Part shown: piece after piece, positions 45,543 to 56,707 of the stretch
Layout: every line of letters starts with the position of its first letter
Numbering within the stretch: position 1 is the first letter of the stretch
Assembly: GCA_963781885.1 (NCBI GenBank)
Contig: CAWAHW010000002.1
Coordinates: 512,001-576,000 of the forward strand
Direction: 5' to 3'
Source: an uncultured Spirochaetota bacterium
GTDB taxonomy: Bacteria > Spirochaetota > Spirochaetia > SZUA-6 > Fen-1364
DNA: 64,000 nucleotides
Program-made: the position numbers and the translations under genes
The notes under the pieces: model-generated
What the model saw: the letters and a program-made list of their open reading frames with translations, nothing else
What the model was told of the DNA's origin: nothing
Database searches by the model: none

Positions 45543-47549
45543 GTGAACCGACTTGCCGGGGAGCTGAGCCCCTACCTGCTCCAGCACGCCGACAACCCCG
45601 TGAACTGGCACCCCTGGGGGGAGGAGGCATTCGCGGCGGCGCGTCGGGACGACAAGCCGGTCTTCCTTTCAATCGGATACTCAACCTGCCACTGGTGCCA
45701 CGTGATGGAGCACGAATCATTTTCAGACCCTGAAGTCGCGGCTCTCATGAACGACGCCTTCGTCTCCATCAAGATCGATCGGGAGGAGAGACCCGACCTG
45801 GACGCGCATTTCATGCGCGTCTGCCAGATGCTCACCGGCGCCGGCGGATGGCCTCTCACCGTCATCGTGACCCCGGACCGCAAGCCGTTTTTCGCCGGCA
45901 CGTACATTCCCCGCGACAATTCGTCCGGGCGCATGGGCATGATGGAGCTCGTCCCGCGCATCCGCGAGCTCTGGACGACGCAGAGAAAAAGCATCGATGA
46001 GTCGGTGGAATCCATCATGGCCGCGCTGGCGCGTCCGGATGCGGAGGAGCCAGGCGACTTTTCGCCCGGCCCTTCCGTCATTGTGGAAGCGGCCCGGTCC
46101 CTCTCGGCGCGCTTCGACGGCAGGAATGCCGGTTTCGGCGGCGCACCCAAGTTTCCCATGCCGACGCTCATCGGCCTCCTGCTGCGCGCCTGGCGACGCG
46201 GCGGGAACGCGGAAACGCTCGCCATGGCGGAGCGGACGCTTGCGGCCATGCGGCGCGGCGGCATCTACGACCAGGTCGGCTTCGGCTTCCATCGCTACTC
46301 CACCGACGAGCGCTGGCACGTTCCCCATTTCGAGAAGATGCTCTACGACCAGGCGCTGCTCTGCCTGGCGTACACCGAGGCATGGCAGGCCGTTGGAAAG
46401 GATCTCTACCGGCGGACCGCCTTGGAAATCTGCTCCTACGTGCTGCGCGATCTTCGCCTCCCGGGAGGGGCGTTCGCCACCGCGGAGGATGCCGACAGCG
46501 AAGGGGTCGAGGGCAGGTTCTACGCGTGGACCGAGAAGGAGCTGCGATCGGTGCTAGGTGACGGCGATTTCGAGCTCCTGTCGCGGCGCTACATCCTGCG
46601 GGAGCCTGCCGACGCGCAGATCATCCTCCACCGGTTCCCGTCGGACGACGCGCCCCCTGATGCGCGCGAGGCGGCCCTGCGGGAGGCCCGCGCGCGCCGC
46701 GTGCGGCCCCTCCGCGACAACAAGGTCCTTGCCGACATGAACGGCCTCATGATTGCCGCCCTCGCGCGCGCGGGCCGGCTCTTCGACGAGCCGTCCCTGG
46801 TGGAGGCGGCAGCGGCCGCCGCTCGCTTCGTGCGCGGAGGCATGACGGGCGAAGACGGCACGCTCCTGCACCGGTACCGGGACGGCGTGGCGGGCATCCC
46901 GGCATTCGCCGACGATCACGCATTCATGGCCTGGGGAATGCTCGAGCTTTTCGAAGCAGGCTTCGATGCCGCGTGGCTGGAGGAAGCCGTGCATCTGACG
47001 GACGCGCTGATCGCCGGATTCTGGGACGATGAGACGGGCGCCTTCTTCCAGACCTCCGGTTCCGTCGAAAAGGGAATCGCGCGCATGAAGTCGTTCACCG
47101 ACGGCGTGATCCCCTCCGCCAACGCGGTCGCCCTCATGTTGTTCGTGAAGCTCAACCGGATCACGGGAAGGTCGGACTACCAGGAGAAGGCTGACGCGCT
47201 CATGCGCTGCGTGCCGGGCGATGCCGTGGACTCATCGATCTCCTACTCCCACCTGCTCAGTGCAGCCGATTACGCGGCCGGCCCCACGGCGGAAGTGGTG
47301 ATCGTCGGAGACCCCGCTGCGACGGACACGCGTGCCATGCGCGAAGCCTTCCGACGCGTCTATGCCCCGAATGCCGTCATCATGGTGAAGCGTGCCACCG
47401 GTGATGCACTGCTGGATCGGCTGGCTCCGTTCACCTCTTCCCTGCGGCAGGTTGCCGGCAGGGCGACCGCATACGTCTGCCGCGACTTCACCTGCTCGCT
47501 CCCCGCCACCGACCCATCTCTAGCGGTACGTGGGCTCGCTGTCGACTGA
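45543..47549 (+). CDS. YyaL/SSP411 thioredoxin-domain protein
   Basis: [57 protein letters not shown]. Confidence 0.92.
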   Translation: MNRLAGELSPYLLQHADNPVNWHPWGEEAFAAARRDDKPVFLSIGYSTCHWCHVMEHESFSDPEVAALMNDAFVSIKIDREERPDLDAHFMRVCQMLTGAGGWPLTVIVTPDRKPFFAGTYIPRDNSSGRMGMMELVPRIRELWTTQRKSIDESVESIMAALARPDAEEPGDFSPGPSVIVEAARSLSARFDGRNAGFGGAPKFPMPTLIGLLLRAWRRGGNAETLAMAERTLAAMRRGGIYDQVGFGFHRYSTDERWHVPHFEKMLYDQALLCLAYTEAWQAVGKDLYRRTALEICSYVLRDLRLPGGAFATAEDADSEGVEGRFYAWTEKELRSVLGDGDFELLSRRYILREPADAQIILHRFPSDDAPPDAREAALREARARRVRPLRDNKVLADMNGLMIAALARAGRLFDEPSLVEAAAAAARFVRGGMTGEDGTLLHRYRDGVAGIPAFADDHAFMAWGMLELFEAGFDAAWLEEAVHLTDALIAGFWDDETGAFFQTSGSVEKGIARMKSFTDGVIPSANAVALMLFVKLNRITGRSDYQEKADALMRCVPGDAVDSSISYSHLLSAADYAAGPTAEVVIVGDPAATDTRAMREAFRRVYAPNAVIMVKRATGDALLDRLAPFTSSLRQVAGRATAYVCRDFTCSLPATDPSLAVRGLAVD

Positions 47550-48593
47550 GGGCTCCGGCGGCTCGGCGGCGATCTCCTTCTCCACCTGCCGGTAGATGTC
47601 TTCCAGTATTTCCGCAAGCGGCAGGGGCCGGCTGTACAGGGGAGCGCACGCCTCCCGCCCGGTGTCGAGGCTCGCGTTTCCCACCGCGTCGGGCACGCAG
47701 TCCAGCGCCTTCTGACCGGCAAGAACGGCGGAGAGCGTTCCGAGCATGACGATGCACTCCTGGAGCGCCTGCTCGTAGAGGTCGAGGAAGCTCGCCGTTG
47801 ACCGATCCGCTTCACTGCAGGGGTGGCACCACCCGGCGTGCCCGAGATTGAGGAAGTCGAAACCCTCGGGAACGGTGCGGGGATGGATAAGCCCCAGCCG
47901 CCGCATCTTGAACCCGTCCTTGCGGTCCTGCTTGTATGCCAGGGGAACGAGATCGGGATTCAGGTGATTCGTCATCTTGTAGAAGTAAATCGCATCGTGG
48001 TAGGCGTTCTGGATGCGCAGCCTGTCGCGGCTCTTGTAGTTGTAGGTCGGGTAGGTGGCGTTCAGCGCCTTCACGAGCGTCTTGATGACGGGGTAGGGAA
48101 GATTCACGCCGCAGCGGACGAGCGAGAGATAGTCGAAGTCCGCCGGCGCCTTGCCGAATCGTTCCTGGAGCACCAGGACGTCGAGTATCCTCTCCAGGAA
48201 TGGGTGGGCGTGGTAGAGCCTCCTGCTCGCCTCTTCCCGCGCGCTGGCCGCCCCGGCAAAGTAGCCGATGAAGGGGTGTGCCTTGCGGTCCAGCGGCGCA
48301 TGCGTGGCGAAACCGAGTATGTAAGCGGCAAGCTCCGAGCCGGGACCGGCGGACAGCCGCAGCGCCTCCCGCGCCAGCTCCCGCACGAATGTGCCGTAGC
48401 CATGCCGATGGAGCGCCACCCCGTAGCGCAGCCCCGTCGGCATGGTGCGCTGGTTGTGGTAGAAGAAGTCCGGCCCCTGCGCGCCGAATCTGAAGAGGTT
48501 GCCGTGTGCCGCGAGCATCTCCTCCCCCCGATCGCCGAGCGCGCCGCGAAGAGCTTCCTCCGCAAAGAGGAGGTGGGCGAAATGGGAGGGCAT
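47520..48593 (-). CDS. Zinc-dependent phospholipase C-family protein
   Basis: [17 protein letters not shown]...[19 protein letters not shown]. Confidence 0.75.
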   Translation of the reverse strand: MPSHFAHLLFAEEALRGALGDRGEEMLAAHGNLFRFGAQGPDFFYHNQRTMPTGLRYGVALHRHGYGTFVRELAREALRLSAGPGSELAAYILGFATHAPLDRKAHPFIGYFAGAASAREEASRRLYHAHPFLERILDVLVLQERFGKAPADFDYLSLVRCGVNLPYPVIKTLVKALNATYPTYNYKSRDRLRIQNAYHDAIYFYKMTNHLNPDLVPLAYKQDRKDGFKMRRLGLIHPRTVPEGFDFLNLGHAGWCHPCSEADRSTASFLDLYEQALQECIVMLGTLSAVLAGQKALDCVPDAVGNASLDTGREACAPLYSRPLPLAEILEDIYRQVEKEIAAEPPEPSVDSEPTYR

Positions 48594-48640
48594 ACAGTCA
48601 ACATTACCACGGCCGCCGGTGCCTTTCACGCACGCGGCAC

Positions 48641-48668
48641 TTGACTTTTTGTCTCCCGCCGATAGTAT
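48641..48668 (+). promoter_or_regulatory. Predicted sigma70 promoter of tRNA-Phe
   Basis: TTGACT, 16 bp spacer, TAGTAT. Confidence 0.6.
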
Positions 48669-48679
48669 GTGCCGATATC

Positions 48680-48752
<73 letters not shown>

Positions 48753-48773
48753 GAATTCCCTGACCGGCAGAAA

Positions 48774-50264
48774 TCACACCCGTTTTCCGAACATCCTCGC
48801 GGCGCTCACGGCGGCATTCCATCCCTCGATCAACGCCGCGCGGGTGGTCCCGTCCATCGCGGGGGTGAAGACAGCGTCCGGCTGCCAGATCGTCGACAGC
48901 TCCTCCCGCGACGTCCACAGGCCGCTTGAAAGACCGGCCGCGAATGCCGCGCCCAGCGCCGTCGTCTCGAAGCTGCGGGGACGAACGAGCGGCATGTCGA
49001 GGATGTCGGCCTGGAACTGCATGAGGAACGGGTTCATCGACGCGCCGCCGTCCACCCGCACCGACTGTATGCTCTGACCGGCGTCCGCCTCCATCGCTTC
49101 CACGAGGTCCCGGGTCTGGTAGGCGATGCTCTCAAGGGCGGCGCGCACCACCTGCTCCTGCCGGGTGCCGCGCGTGATGCCGAAAAGCGCCCCGCGCGCA
49201 TCGGGGTCCCAGTGCGGCGCGCCCAGGCCGACGAATGCCGGCACGAAATACACCCCGCCGGTATCGGCCACGGCACGCGCCATGAGGTCCGACTCCGCGG
49301 CGCTGGAGAGGATGCGCAGCTCGTCGCGCAGCCACTGCACCACCGCGCCGCCGATGAACACGGAGCCCTCCAGCGCGTACTCCCTGCCGCTGCCGAGGTC
49401 CCAGGCGATCGTCGTCAGGAGCCGGTTGCGCGACTCCACGGGTGCGCCGCCCGTGAAGAGAAGACAGAAGCAGCCGGTGCCGTAGGTCACCTTCACGGCA
49501 CCCGGCTGCAGGCAGGCCTGGCCCAGCAGCGCGGCCTGCTGATCGCCGAGCACGCCGCGGACGGGTATCTCGGTGCCGAAGAGCTGCGCCGGGGCAACGC
49601 CGAAGTCGCCGGCGGACGTGGTCACCTCGGGGAGGATCGCGGCGGGCACCTCCAGGGAGGAGAGAATCTCGGAGTCCCAGCAGCCCTTGTGGATGTCGAA
49701 GAGGAGCGTCCGCGACGCGTTGGACGGATCCGTGAGGTGCCGCCCCGTGAGCATGCGGACGAGCCACGAATCCACCGTGCCGAAGCAGACATCGCCGGCC
49801 ACCGCCTTCTCGCGAAGCCGGGGAATGTTCTGCAAGGCCCACATGATCTTCGTGCCGGAGAAATACGGGTCGAGGAGGAGGCCCGTGCGGCGGGTGATGG
49901 TCCGCTCCAGGTCGCGCGCGTGCAGGGCCTGGCAAATCTCGGTCGTGCGCCTGTCCTGCCAGACCAGCGCCGGGCAGAGGGGCGCGCCGGTCGCCCTGTC
50001 CCAGAAGACGGCCGTTTCGCGCTGGTTGGCGATGCCGATGGCCGCGATCCGGCCGGGCTCCACGCGCGCCTGTGCCACCGCCTCGCGCGCGGCGGCAAGC
50101 TCCGTCTCCCAGATCTCCATCGGGTCGTGCTCGACCCATCCCGGCTTGGGATAGTGCTGGGTGAGCGGTTTCTGGGAGATGCCCAGGGGGCGCCCCTCCC
50201 GGTCGAAGACGATCGCGCGCGAGCTGGTGGTGCCCTGGTCGAGAGCGAGGATGCAGTTGCGCAT
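48774..50264 (-). CDS. glpK: Glycerol kinase
   Basis: LDQGTTSSR, NQRET, WQDRRT, DPYFSGTK, GDQQAAL, TYGTGCF, YALEGS, VDGG. Confidence 0.95.
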   Translation of the reverse strand: MRNCILALDQGTTSSRAIVFDREGRPLGISQKPLTQHYPKPGWVEHDPMEIWETELAAAREAVAQARVEPGRIAAIGIANQRETAVFWDRATGAPLCPALVWQDRRTTEICQALHARDLERTITRRTGLLLDPYFSGTKIMWALQNIPRLREKAVAGDVCFGTVDSWLVRMLTGRHLTDPSNASRTLLFDIHKGCWDSEILSSLEVPAAILPEVTTSAGDFGVAPAQLFGTEIPVRGVLGDQQAALLGQACLQPGAVKVTYGTGCFCLLFTGGAPVESRNRLLTTIAWDLGSGREYALEGSVFIGGAVVQWLRDELRILSSAAESDLMARAVADTGGVYFVPAFVGLGAPHWDPDARGALFGITRGTRQEQVVRAALESIAYQTRDLVEAMEADAGQSIQSVRVDGGASMNPFLMQFQADILDMPLVRPRSFETTALGAAFAAGLSSGLWTSREELSTIWQPDAVFTPAMDGTTRAALIEGWNAAVSAARMFGKRV

Positions 50265-50299
50265 GCCCTCAGTATATCAGTGCCTTGCCGCTTGCGCGA

Positions 50300-51004
50300 T
50301 CAGCGGGCGACGGGCGCGGACGGGTAGGGGCCGGAAAGGACGCCGTAGCCTGCATCGGCGTTCCATACAAAAACGCGGAACTGGAAGCCGCCGGCGAACG
50401 CCGGGGAGCTTGCCGCGATCGACGAGACGGCAAGCGGCGCATTGGAGGCCCCGAGGGGATAGGCGGCCATGAACTTCCCATCGTTCCCGTAGACCCATAT
50501 CTCCGCGTTCTTGCCTGCCCCCGTCACGTTGATGAGCCCGTTCTCCACGCGCGCGGTGGGATACTTTGCATTCGCGGCGAACGTCGTGCGGGCCGGCACG
50601 GTGAGCGTATCCTCCACGGTGTCGCCGCCGCTGTTCTGGAGAACCACCCGGTAGTCCCCGCTGGGGAAGGGGGTCGTGCCGGGCATGGCGATGGACGTGC
50701 TGCCGATCCAGTTTTCGCCCTCCGCCACCGCGCTTACCCAGGCGGTGCTGTCCACCTTCCAGAAAAGCTCGGCGTCGTCGTTGATCACGTAGAATGCGCT
50801 GAGGTTTTCCATGCCGTCGGGATCGCTGGCCACGAGAAAGACGCCGAGCGTTTCGGCATTCACGCCCGTGGCCGGGTCGTGCGTGTAGATCACCCGGCCG
50901 TAGACGCGCGAAAGCTCGGGAGGCTTGCCCGAGCATCCCGCCAGGACGGCAAGACACGTCAGAAGCGCGCCTGCAATGACGCCGAGCAGGACTGGTCGCT
51001 TCAC
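50300..51004 (-). CDS. Hypothetical lipoprotein
   Basis: Signal peptide ending in lipobox LAGC; coupled to the tdk stop. Confidence 0.7.
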   Translation of the reverse strand: MKRPVLLGVIAGALLTCLAVLAGCSGKPPELSRVYGRVIYTHDPATGVNAETLGVFLVASDPDGMENLSAFYVINDDAELFWKVDSTAWVSAVAEGENWIGSTSIAMPGTTPFPSGDYRVVLQNSGGDTVEDTLTVPARTTFAANAKYPTARVENGLINVTGAGKNAEIWVYGNDGKFMAAYPLGASNAPLAVSSIAASSPAFAGGFQFRVFVWNADAGYGVLSGPYPSAPVAR

Positions 51005-52119
51005 AGGCCTTCCAGGACCGCCGTTCGCCGGCAGTCGGAGAGCCGGCGCCGCAGGTAGTCGTGGTCGAGCTCGAGGTCCTTCACGAGCTGGAGGAAAAGC
51101 TCATTGGGCACCAGATTCTGCTCCGTAAAGAGGAAGAGAAGCGCCTTTTCCGCGATACAGGAGACGCGGAGGGAGTTCATGCCGATCTCGTCGTAGGAGC
51201 TTGCAAACTGCGCGTACAACCGGGACCGGGGGAGATTGCACTTCACCAGGCCCAGCTCTTCACGCAACTGGTGCGGCTCGCCCCGCGACGCCTGCTCGCC
51301 CAGGGGCTTCAGGATCAGGTAGGTGTATTCCTTGCCGGGCAGGTGGTGATGGTCGTCGCATCGCGTGCAGTAGTTCGGCTCGCGCGGATCGTCGCTCGCC
51401 CGGTCGCCGCCGATCACGAGCAGGGGATCGAAATAGAGCGCCGGGCACTCGTAGCCGTCCACCGTATAAAAGCGGTAGGTATAGAAGGAATCCTGGAGGC
51501 ACTCGGGATGCTCGCAGTAGGCGGTGAGGGGGAAAACGTCGGTGGCGGTATCCAGGAGCAGGCGCGCCGTCGTGTTGAATATCTCCCGGCGGAAGTTCAG
51601 GACGAGCGACGGAAAGATGAAGGAGAGGCCGCGCGCGCGGGAGGCGTTCTGCACGACGTAGGCAAGACGCTCCTCGTAAAAGGAAGCCTCGTCGATCACC
51701 CAGGTCCCTGCCTCGGGGTGTTCCGCCATGACGCGCTCCAGGTCGAAGGAGTTGGCGATCTCGGCGATGTTCGTGCCGCAGCGGACGTAGCCGCCGCGGT
51801 AGGGCAGGGCGTCGGGAGGGTAGTCGGGGAAACGCTTGGCGTCCAGCGCGGAGCGGATGAAGAAGACGATGCGCCTGTCCGCCCCGTCCGTGCGCGTCTG
51901 CTCGGCGGCGGCGCCGGTCTTGCGCCGGGCCACCTCGGAATCCCGCCAGATGCGCGCCGAGAACTCCGTCTTGCCCGATCCCATGGAGCCGATCACGAGG
52001 ATCCGGCGGGACGGCCGGGAGAAATCGAAATGGTTGAAGGAATGGTGCACCTTCACCTCGGGGAAACCGAGGCTTTTCAGGAAGGTCTGCGTATCACGGC
52101 TGTCGGTTCCCGCGTCCAT
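51001..52119 (-). CDS. tdk: Thymidine kinase, long spirochaete-type
   Basis: GSMGSGKT P-loop, IDEASF, LNFRREIFN, Zn ligands CEHPEC and CTRC, IGG. Confidence 0.8.
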   Translation of the reverse strand: MDAGTDSRDTQTFLKSLGFPEVKVHHSFNHFDFSRPSRRILVIGSMGSGKTEFSARIWRDSEVARRKTGAAAEQTRTDGADRRIVFFIRSALDAKRFPDYPPDALPYRGGYVRCGTNIAEIANSFDLERVMAEHPEAGTWVIDEASFYEERLAYVVQNASRARGLSFIFPSLVLNFRREIFNTTARLLLDTATDVFPLTAYCEHPECLQDSFYTYRFYTVDGYECPALYFDPLLVIGGDRASDDPREPNYCTRCDDHHHLPGKEYTYLILKPLGEQASRGEPHQLREELGLVKCNLPRSRLYAQFASSYDEIGMNSLRVSCIAEKALLFLFTEQNLVPNELFLQLVKDLELDHDYLRRRLSDCRRTAVLEGL

Positions 52120-52295
52120 GCGGTTGGAGAATAGACCCCGCGGCCGGCGTGGTCAATGGCAAGCAGTTCTCATTTTGGACCTTCCTATGGATACGAAACT
52201 GCATGGGCGCTCTGAAATTGCCCGCATATCGTGGGACAAAATGAGAACTGCATCCCTCGGTCACCATTGCGAGAGTTGCTGGTCAATGGCGCGCT

Positions 52296-55200
52296 TCAAA
52301 AGAGGGGGAGCTGTCGGCTTTTGCGTCGCCGATTCGGCAGCGTGCTGCGGAGAGAGAGGGGGATGTCGCCGATGAAACGCGACGGAAGGCATTCACGGAG
52401 CTGGCCGTACACGCGGCGCCTCGCGCAATGGCTGATGAAGAGCCGGTCGCCCGCGCGCGTCATGGCCACGTAGAAGAGCCGCCGTTCCTCTGCCAGGTCG
52501 TCCGGCAGAGGGGTGATGCCTTCCTCGGCTCCCGCGATGAAAACGACCGGGAACTCCAGGCCTTTCGCCGCGTGGAACGTGAGGAGCGTCACCTTCTGCG
52601 CGGGGCGCGGCCCCTCGCTCTCCCGTGCGCACAGAGACACGTGTGAGAGAAAACCGGGCAGGTCGGTCCCGAAGCGCGCGGCGCTGGACCTGATGGTCTC
52701 TTCGCCGAGGGTGATATCCGGCACCGTCCGATCCAGCGGTATGGCCGTCTGCATCACCAGGTCCAGCGCCGCGCAGATTCCGGCGTCCGCCGCGGTGCGG
52801 GCCATCAGCGCGCCATTCGCCAGGATCGCGTCCAGGGCTCCCGTCGTGCCGGTGCGCTTCTCGTGCCGGCGGAGGATGTGGAGCGCCACCGCGTCCGCCG
52901 GGTCGGCGGCGAGATTGAGCGCGGCGATCAGGGCATCGAAGGGTTCATCGTCGGCGAGCGGCGCATTGGAGGCGACTGCAAGAGGAAGCCCGGCCTCCTG
53001 CAGGGACGGCAGCAAGGCATCCCGGACGGCGCGGGTGCGAAAAAGCACGGCGATGTCGGAAAAGGCATACCCGGTCGCTTCCCGCCCGCGTGCGGCGTCG
53101 ACGGAGACGGAGTCCACTCCTCCGACGAGGCCCCGAATTTCACCCGCGATGAAGCGTCCTTCCTCTTCCGGGTCGCTCACCGCGGCGACGCGTATCGCCT
53201 GCCCCGGGCCACGGACCGCCGACAGCAAAGGGCCGTCCTGCCCGCGATCCCTCGCGATGACGGCCGCGGATGCCTCCACGATGCAAGCGCTCGACCGGTA
53301 ATTGCGTCCAAGGGAATAAGACTCCGACCGTGAGAGAAGGGCAAAACGCTGGAAGAGCTCCCGGTCCGATCCGCGGAATCCGTAGATGGCCTGGTCGGGA
53401 TCGCCGATGCAGAACACGGCCCCCACGTGCGCCGCGAGAAGCTCCAGCAGCGCGAACTGCGGCGTATTGATGTCCTGCAGCTCGTCCACGGCAACGGCGC
53501 AGAAGCGCCGGCCGATCGATGCACAGAGGGACGAATCTGCCCGGAGAATACCGACGAGCTTTCCCACGAGGCCCGCGATGTCGACGCAGCCTGCCCCGGC
53601 GATTTCCGTCTCGTAGGCGGCAATCGCCGCCGCCAGGTCGGGGTCCGGCAGGGCTTTACCCTCCCACGCGCTTTCCATGGCGGTGGAAAGCCCGCGGATG
53701 CGGGTGGCTGGCTCGGCCGGAAAAAGCATTTCCAGATGCGCACGCCGCCGCGCGGGCGTGACCACGCTGGGTGAGGAGAGGATCGAGCTCGCGGAGGAGC
53801 GACCAGCTGAATGAATGGAACGTTGCCACGGTCGCGTCGGCCGCACGGGCCGGCGCCAGCCGGGCGAGTCTTTCGGAAAGCTCTCCGGCCGCTCGGGTCG
53901 TGAAGGTGAGGGCAAGGCCCCTGCCGCTGCCGCCATCGCCGCGCCCGCTCGCCTGCGCGAGCCAGTGGGTGAGGAGCCGGGTCTTTCCCGACCCGGGCCC
54001 CGCGCTCACGACGATGCGCGGCGCCGCACTTTCCACGATGGCGCGCTGCGCCGCGTCGAGTGCATCGACAGGCACCGAAGTTGCAGGTCCGCGTCCCGCG
54101 GCGCGGTCTGCGTCGCCGCGCGGCGACACGGCAGCCTGCACCCGGCGCGCGGACCGCCGGACTGCGGGGAAAAGCTCGTCCTGGCCGCGCAGCCGTTCCC
54201 GCTCATCGTCGCCGAACACCCGTATGACGCCGAACTCGCCGTCGTAGCCGGGCCGCGCATCGATCCTGCCTTCCCGCATGCGGGTCACCGCTTCTGCCAG
54301 CAGGGCGCCGTGTCGGCGTCGGATGTCCTCGACCGGTGCGTCCAGCAGGAGGCCGTACTCGCTGCCGAACGCGCCCACGATGCGCGCGTAGGCGGAGACG
54401 ACCGCGCGCGAGCCGACCCCCGCGCCGGCAAGCTCCGCGAGAAGCTCGGCAAGCGGGATGAGGGAATGAAAACCTTCGCCGGGTCGCGGCGGCGCGGGTG
54501 CCGCACGGTCGGCAAGGGCCATCACGCGGCTCAGCACGCCGATCGTGAGGGGCGTGCCGCACACCGGGCACATCCCCCCCGCCTCCCGCGAGCGCGCGGG
54601 CTCCCAGCAGATGCCGCACGTGCGGTGGCCGTCGAGGTGGTACTTGCCTTCCTCGGGATAGAACTCGCAGGTGCCCAGGAATCCGTGCCCGGTGCGAAGC
54701 GCATCCGTTACCCCGCGCCAGCTGGGCTCGGTGTCCAGGAGATTGGCCTCCCGGCCGAGATTCGGCGGCGAGTGCGCGTCGGAGTTGGAGACCAGCCGGT
54801 AACGGTCCAGCGCGCTCCATCTCCAGTTCATGGCGGGGTCGGAGGAGAGGCCTGTCTCCAGCGCGAAGATGTACGGCGTGAGCTCCTCGAAACAGTCCTC
54901 GATGCGGTCGAAGCCGGACTTCGACCCGAAGAGGGAGAACCAGGGCGTCCAGATGTGCGCCGGTATCAGGAAGGAGTCCGGGTTTGTTTCCAGGAGCAGC
55001 GACAGCAGGTCTTTTGGATCGAGCCCGAGTATCGGCCTGCCGTCGGAGGCGATGTTGCCAATGCGCGCGAGCTTCGCGGCAAGATGCCGTGCATCCTCCA
55101 GCGTCGGCACGCCGATGAGGCTGTGCACCTTGTGCACGACGCCGTGCTTCCTGTAGATGGAGCTGATCTCGGTCGTGGGGAGAAAGCGCACGTCCCGGTC

Positions 55201-55440
55201 CGCCGGTGCGGCGCCTTCCAGCGGTGAATCCCGCGGGGGATCCTTCAGGACGTAGAGACCGTCACGCTCCACGAGGGATTCGCTGAGCTCCGCGAACCAC
55301 TGGGGATGCGTGAAGTCCCCCGTGCCGACGATGTCGATTCCCTTGACCCGGGCCCAACGATGGAACCCATTCAGGTCCGCCTCCCTGCTCGTGGCCCGGG
55401 AATACCGGGAATGCACGTGCAGGTCGGCGACGAGCCTCAT
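52296..55440 (-). CDS. PHP-domain (EndoQ-like) nuclease fused to a UvrD/Rep helicase (apparent frameshift near 53765)
   Basis: N-terminal part: DLHVHSRYSRATS, GTGDFTHP, PAHIWTPWFS, SNSDAHS, GKYHLDGHRTC, CPVC, PGYDGEFG, then AGPGSGKT and TFHS. Next frame: DELQD, GDPDQAIYGFRG, NYRS, TFHAAKGLEF, EERRLFYVAMTRA. Confidence 0.85.
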
Positions 55441-56030
55441 ACGCTCTTTGCGAAGATCGTCCTGATTTCTTCCTTTGCGCCGTCCAGCACCTCGCCGTAT
55501 TTCACGTCGAGCTGGGACAGGTATTGGCGCACCATGCTCTGGAACTCGGGGTCCTGGGCGGGGTTGATCTTCACCTGTCTTCCCATCTGCCGGGAAAGAT
55601 CCTCTTCCTTCTTGCGGAGCTTCGGCCCGTATTGCTTCTCAATGGCTTCCACCAGCCGCTTGCGCTCGCCGAGGTATTCCTTGAAGAAGCCGTCGAGCTG
55701 GCTGAAGATCATGCCCACCTTCTTCGCGTCGGTCACGGCGGAGGCAATGGCATCGCCCAGGCGCTTCGTGTCCTTTGCGCCGAAGTCGTCCACCGGGAGC
55801 ACGAGGTTGGCGAGGAGTGACTGCATGAGGCCCTCGCGGACGAGCTTGCCCGTGGCCGGCTCATATGCCTTCAGCGCCGGCTTCAGGTCGAAGGCCGGGT
55901 CGTCGAGCACCTTGAAGGCGAGCTTCTTGCCCTCGTCGCGGAGACGATTCGCCTCCAGGAGCTCCTTGTTGGCTTCGATATCCTTCGAGTTTTCCATGGC
56001 GATTTCAAGCGCCGATTTTATCGTTCCCAT
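55437..56030 (-). CDS. Conserved hypothetical protein (DUF6657-like)
   Basis: MGTIKSALEIAME N-terminus, helical, DPEF motif; family call from recall. Confidence 0.6.
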   Translation of the reverse strand: MGTIKSALEIAMENSKDIEANKELLEANRLRDEGKKLAFKVLDDPAFDLKPALKAYEPATGKLVREGLMQSLLANLVLPVDDFGAKDTKRLGDAIASAVTDAKKVGMIFSQLDGFFKEYLGERKRLVEAIEKQYGPKLRKKEEDLSRQMGRQVKINPAQDPEFQSMVRQYLSQLDVKYGEVLDGAKEEIRTIFAKSV

Positions 56031-56079
56031 GTTTTCACTCCCTGTCAGGAAAGAAATGTACCCGGGGCATCGCAAGGAA

Positions 56080-56677
56080 TCAAGCCCGGCCCCGCGCGCG
56101 TGGTGTCATGATCGTCTCAGTGTCGGTGACGATGCCGTCCACGCGCTGATCGCTCGGCCCATGCGGCACCGCCTCCACGAGCTGAAAGGAGAAACAGACG
56201 GCAATGACGGCAATCGCAGGGGAAACCCGGCGCGCATCGAGCAGGAATCGGTCGTAGTAGCCCTTGCCGCGCCCCAGCCTGTTGCCGTCGCGGTCGAAGG
56301 CGAGCCCCGGGGCTGCCACCAGCGGACGCGCCGCGCGCGATGGATCCATCGCCGGCCACGACGGGTCGGGCACGGGGATGCCCCAACGGTCGCGGGGAAG
56401 CTCGACGGCGCGAGGCGGGAGTATCAGGAACACGGATATCGTCACCGACGATGCGCGGCACGGCCACAGCCTTGCCCTGGCCGCGCGCGGCGGCAATGAG
56501 GGGCGCCGTGTCCAGCTCGCGCGGCATGGACAGGAAGGCGAGAACGAGGTCTGCCGCCGCCCATTCGCCAGTCGCCGCAAGGCGCGCGGCGACGCGGGCG
56601 CTCCGTTCGGCACGCGCGGCGGGAGAAAGCGCGGCGAGCGCCGCCGTCATGGCGGTGCGCATTTCGGGCTTGTTCAT
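56080..56677 (-). CDS. 5-formyltetrahydrofolate cyclo-ligase (apparent frameshift near 56430)
   Basis: MNKPEMR..FLSMPRELDT..VAVPR in one frame; WGIPVP, PGLAFDRDGNRLGRGKGYYDRFL and VPH..DQRVDGIVT in another. Confidence 0.85.
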
Positions 56678-56707
56678 GCTACAGTCATACGGGTGAGGAG
56701 GCAGGCG

